NCBI GenBank assembly: GCA_964270895.1
Contig: OZ185439.1
DNA from: Podarcis filfolensis
Taxonomy: Eukaryota
DNA: 64,000 nucleotides
Direction: 5' to 3' (one strand)
Made by a program: the position numbers and the translations under genes. Position 1 is the first letter of the stretch, and each line of letters begins with the position of its first letter. This document shows, piece by piece, positions 13,151-64,000 of the stretch. The notes under the pieces are model-generated. The model had not been told where the DNA came from. It did no database searches and was given only the letters and a program-made list of their open reading frames with translations.

Positions 13151-14594
13151 GCTAGTTGAAATTCATCCAGAATCAGTGCTATATTAGGAAGATTAAGTGC
13201 AGCTGTCACTAAAAATCATGCATCAAGAACTTCCATATGCAAGGTAGCTTAGGGTGAGAGAGAAACTCTGAGGTCTCCAACAGGATTCTTACCTGTACTC
13301 AACGTGATAGCATATATTGCTCGTTAGTTAACATGCATATTCCAGGAGGCATGGAAGGTGTATAGTTATATAAGAATATAAGAAGAGCCTGTTGCATTGG
13401 CCCAATGGACTATCTAGTCCAGCATGCTGTGTTCTCATGGTGGCCACCCAGATGTTTATGCAAAGCACAGAGTCAGAATTCAAGCACAAGAGCATTCAAG
13501 AAGTTGGACCGTGGAGAGATTGATAAAATCTGGCAAAAGGTAGGACCAAAAGAATTAACTGCTGATCTGCAGTATTTGCAGGCTCTTCAGATAAGGCACG
13601 GTGTGTGAACCAGTTCTGTTGAGGCCTGGGCATGCTAGAAACAGCTTTACATGCCAGAACTCAAGTATGACACACAAATTAATTGACAGGAACACAGAGG
13701 GCTTTTCTGTCTTACGGTTTAATCATTACCAACCTCCACCCCACACCCCAAGGTGCAGGATCAAGGCCTTCGAGGGCAGAGGCGGGTGTGATTTCCCGGA
13801 AGGCCTCGGATCTGCACGGCCACAGGCTAATATCTCGTGGACTCCGGTGACCTTGGGCTGGATTCAGCCAAGCCCTGCTCAGAGTAGAGCCGCTGGAATT
13901 ACTGAACCAAAGCGAGACGTGTCCTTGAACTTCAGTGGGTCGAACCTGAGTAGCCCATTCATTGCATTTAAAAAATATTCTTTTATTTTTATTTTGTATT
14001 TTCAGGTCTGAAATCCCTTAAAGATGACCGAAAAAGGTGGAGTGAGGAAACACGTGTTGCTTAGTTTTTTTTACGTGCAGCCCTTTCAGCAAGACCTGAA
14101 GTCTTTTCGCATGCAGCAGTTGCACAACCCGTCAGCAGGGATGCAAGCCCAGCGAGGCGCAGGGTTTTGGCCCGACGGGCTGTGGGACTCAATAGTGTGA
14201 CTCTATGCGTGCCTACTCAAAAGGAAGCCCGCTGAGAATTTCCAGCAGTTGCCTATATATATATATGCGCGCGCAAGAGCGGGCTGTTAAATAGCTAAAT
14301 GCTACAATGATGCTGCAATATGTTCTCCCTGCTTCCCACTTGCACGGAGAAAAGCAATTAATTTAATGTCAGCCCATCTATCCCTGCGTTGTTTTGGCCG
14401 AGGAAGGTCGTTGACTGCAGCGCGGCGTCGAAATCTGCAAGCTGCCCTGCACAGCAGCAAAAAGAGGGCGGTACTAAACGCCTTTCCGGGAAGTTTGCCT
14501 CCTACCAGCCGCCGTCCTGCTTCCGCGGGAGCCATGCGAAGTCGAAAGTGAGCTGGCGGGAGTCGCGTCGGAAGAAAACAGAGAGGCAGGCGCA

Positions 14595-62999
<48,405 letters not shown>

Positions 63000-63215
63000 A
63001 CCTCTAGCATTTACAAATGAGTTGTTTTAAAAAAAATTGGGATGGGGAGGGTAGGTTCAGGGACACCTGTTTTTTGTTTTTTTAAAAACATTTCCTATCA
63101 TTTCTGCTTTGGTATTTTCTGCTAGCACAACTATGTGTTTCAGTGTGTAATTTTGTTCATATTCCATATTTGTATATAAATGCCACTTGTATTTGAAAAG
63201 CCATTTATACAGATT

Positions 63216-63406
63216 ATTAAAGAGCTGAAACCTTTCATTTTAAAAAGTATGAATGCAGCATTTTAGCTATTCAATATTTCTATCTTTTATCTCTATTAAA
63301 AGGGTATGCACAATACCTAGATTATCTCCCCATTCTACATCTGAAAGGCCTTTTTTAAGTGCCCCAACTACTAAGTTGGGTTAAGTAGTACTAAAGTGGT
63401 AATAAA
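63216..63406 (+). terminator. Candidate ATR polyadenylation signals
   Basis: ATTAAA at 63216 and 63295 and AATAAA at 63401, in an AT-rich 3' UTR after the stop at 62999; which is used is unknown. Confidence 0.55.
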
Positions 63407-63512
63407 ACTGGTCCCAATGTAAACGCTTCTATATTTCAATTGCAAAACCCTGTTAATGCACAGGATTCTGGATATCTGTGGCAGCTTATTACCATTTTAG
63501 CATTTCATACAG

Positions 63513-63690
63513 CAGAGTTTTCCAAACTGCTCATGTTGGCGACACACTTTTTAAACATGCATCATTTCGTAACACAGTAATTCAGTTTTACTAACTAACT
63601 GGAGGTTAAAGTAACCCCTTTCCAGTCCCGGAAGGAGCATGGGGAGCTTTTACGTGACACACCTACACAGGGCAGTCAACACACTAACCC
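63513..63690. mobile_element. Probable truncated hAT-type MITE
   Basis: Begins cagagttttccaaact, resembling hAT MITE termini; other end not found. Confidence 0.35.
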
Positions 63691-64000
63691 AGGTCAGGTA
63701 ACTGTGGTGATGGGGTGGCAATGGGTAGGGCTGGGTGAGCCAGAGCTGCTAGTTGCTGCTGCCAGTGCTGGGCCCAGTGGCAGCCTGGGCCTGACTCTGC
63801 AAGACTCAGGGTGACATTTACTCCAGCACCTAGTGGATCAGAGCCTTTGGATGTTGCCAAGGGGTGCAGGCCCTTCGACAGCGTTGGCCCGGCTCTGCAA
63901 GGTGCAGGGTGAAATCCACCCCAGCGCCTAGTCAAATGGGGTCGTCTGGTGCCGCTGACTTGCATCTAGTCATGGGTATAATTCATGGTTATTATAAATT

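Noticed and set aside
13287-14010. Isolated strong splice signals (minus donor CAG|gtaaga at 13293; plus acceptor tttcag| at 14005)
   Set aside because: No convincing partner sites or ORF; cannot be separated from chance without transcript data.

Overview
Vertebrate genomic DNA, most likely a lacertid lizard (inferred from Sauria-SINE subfamilies and squamate MITEs). The window holds one complete protein-coding gene, ATR, on the + strand. I mapped all 47 coding exons by hand (14595-62999; CDS 7983 nt, 2660 aa, no internal stop in the exons I translated). Exon phases all match human ATR as I recall it, and 37 of 47 exon lengths are identical. Intron 16 is a non-canonical GC-AG intron. A second CpG island at about 11.85-12.23 kb has minus-strand splice signals and is probably the non-coding 5' end of the divergent neighbour (PLS1 by synteny; no coding sequence in the window confirms this). 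Everything else is intronic or intergenic and rich in transposons: Sauria SINEs, TA-flanked Tc1/mariner-type MITEs, hAT MITEs, CR1/L2/Rex1 fragments and LTR-like remnants. I see no multi-gene novel system, CRISPR array or functional RNA gene. Best leads: (1) an unexplained promoter-like CpG block in intron 10 fused to a one-ended MITE; (2) a 260-bp MITE carrying perfect NRF1 x2, CRE and ETS motifs; (3) a CCGTA-ended MITE family with conserved ends and different cargo; (4) loss of the human regulatory sites S428-P429 and T1989, a weakened S435 PKA context, and paired changes in the activation loop and FATC tail. All human comparisons are from memory and need an alignment to confirm.
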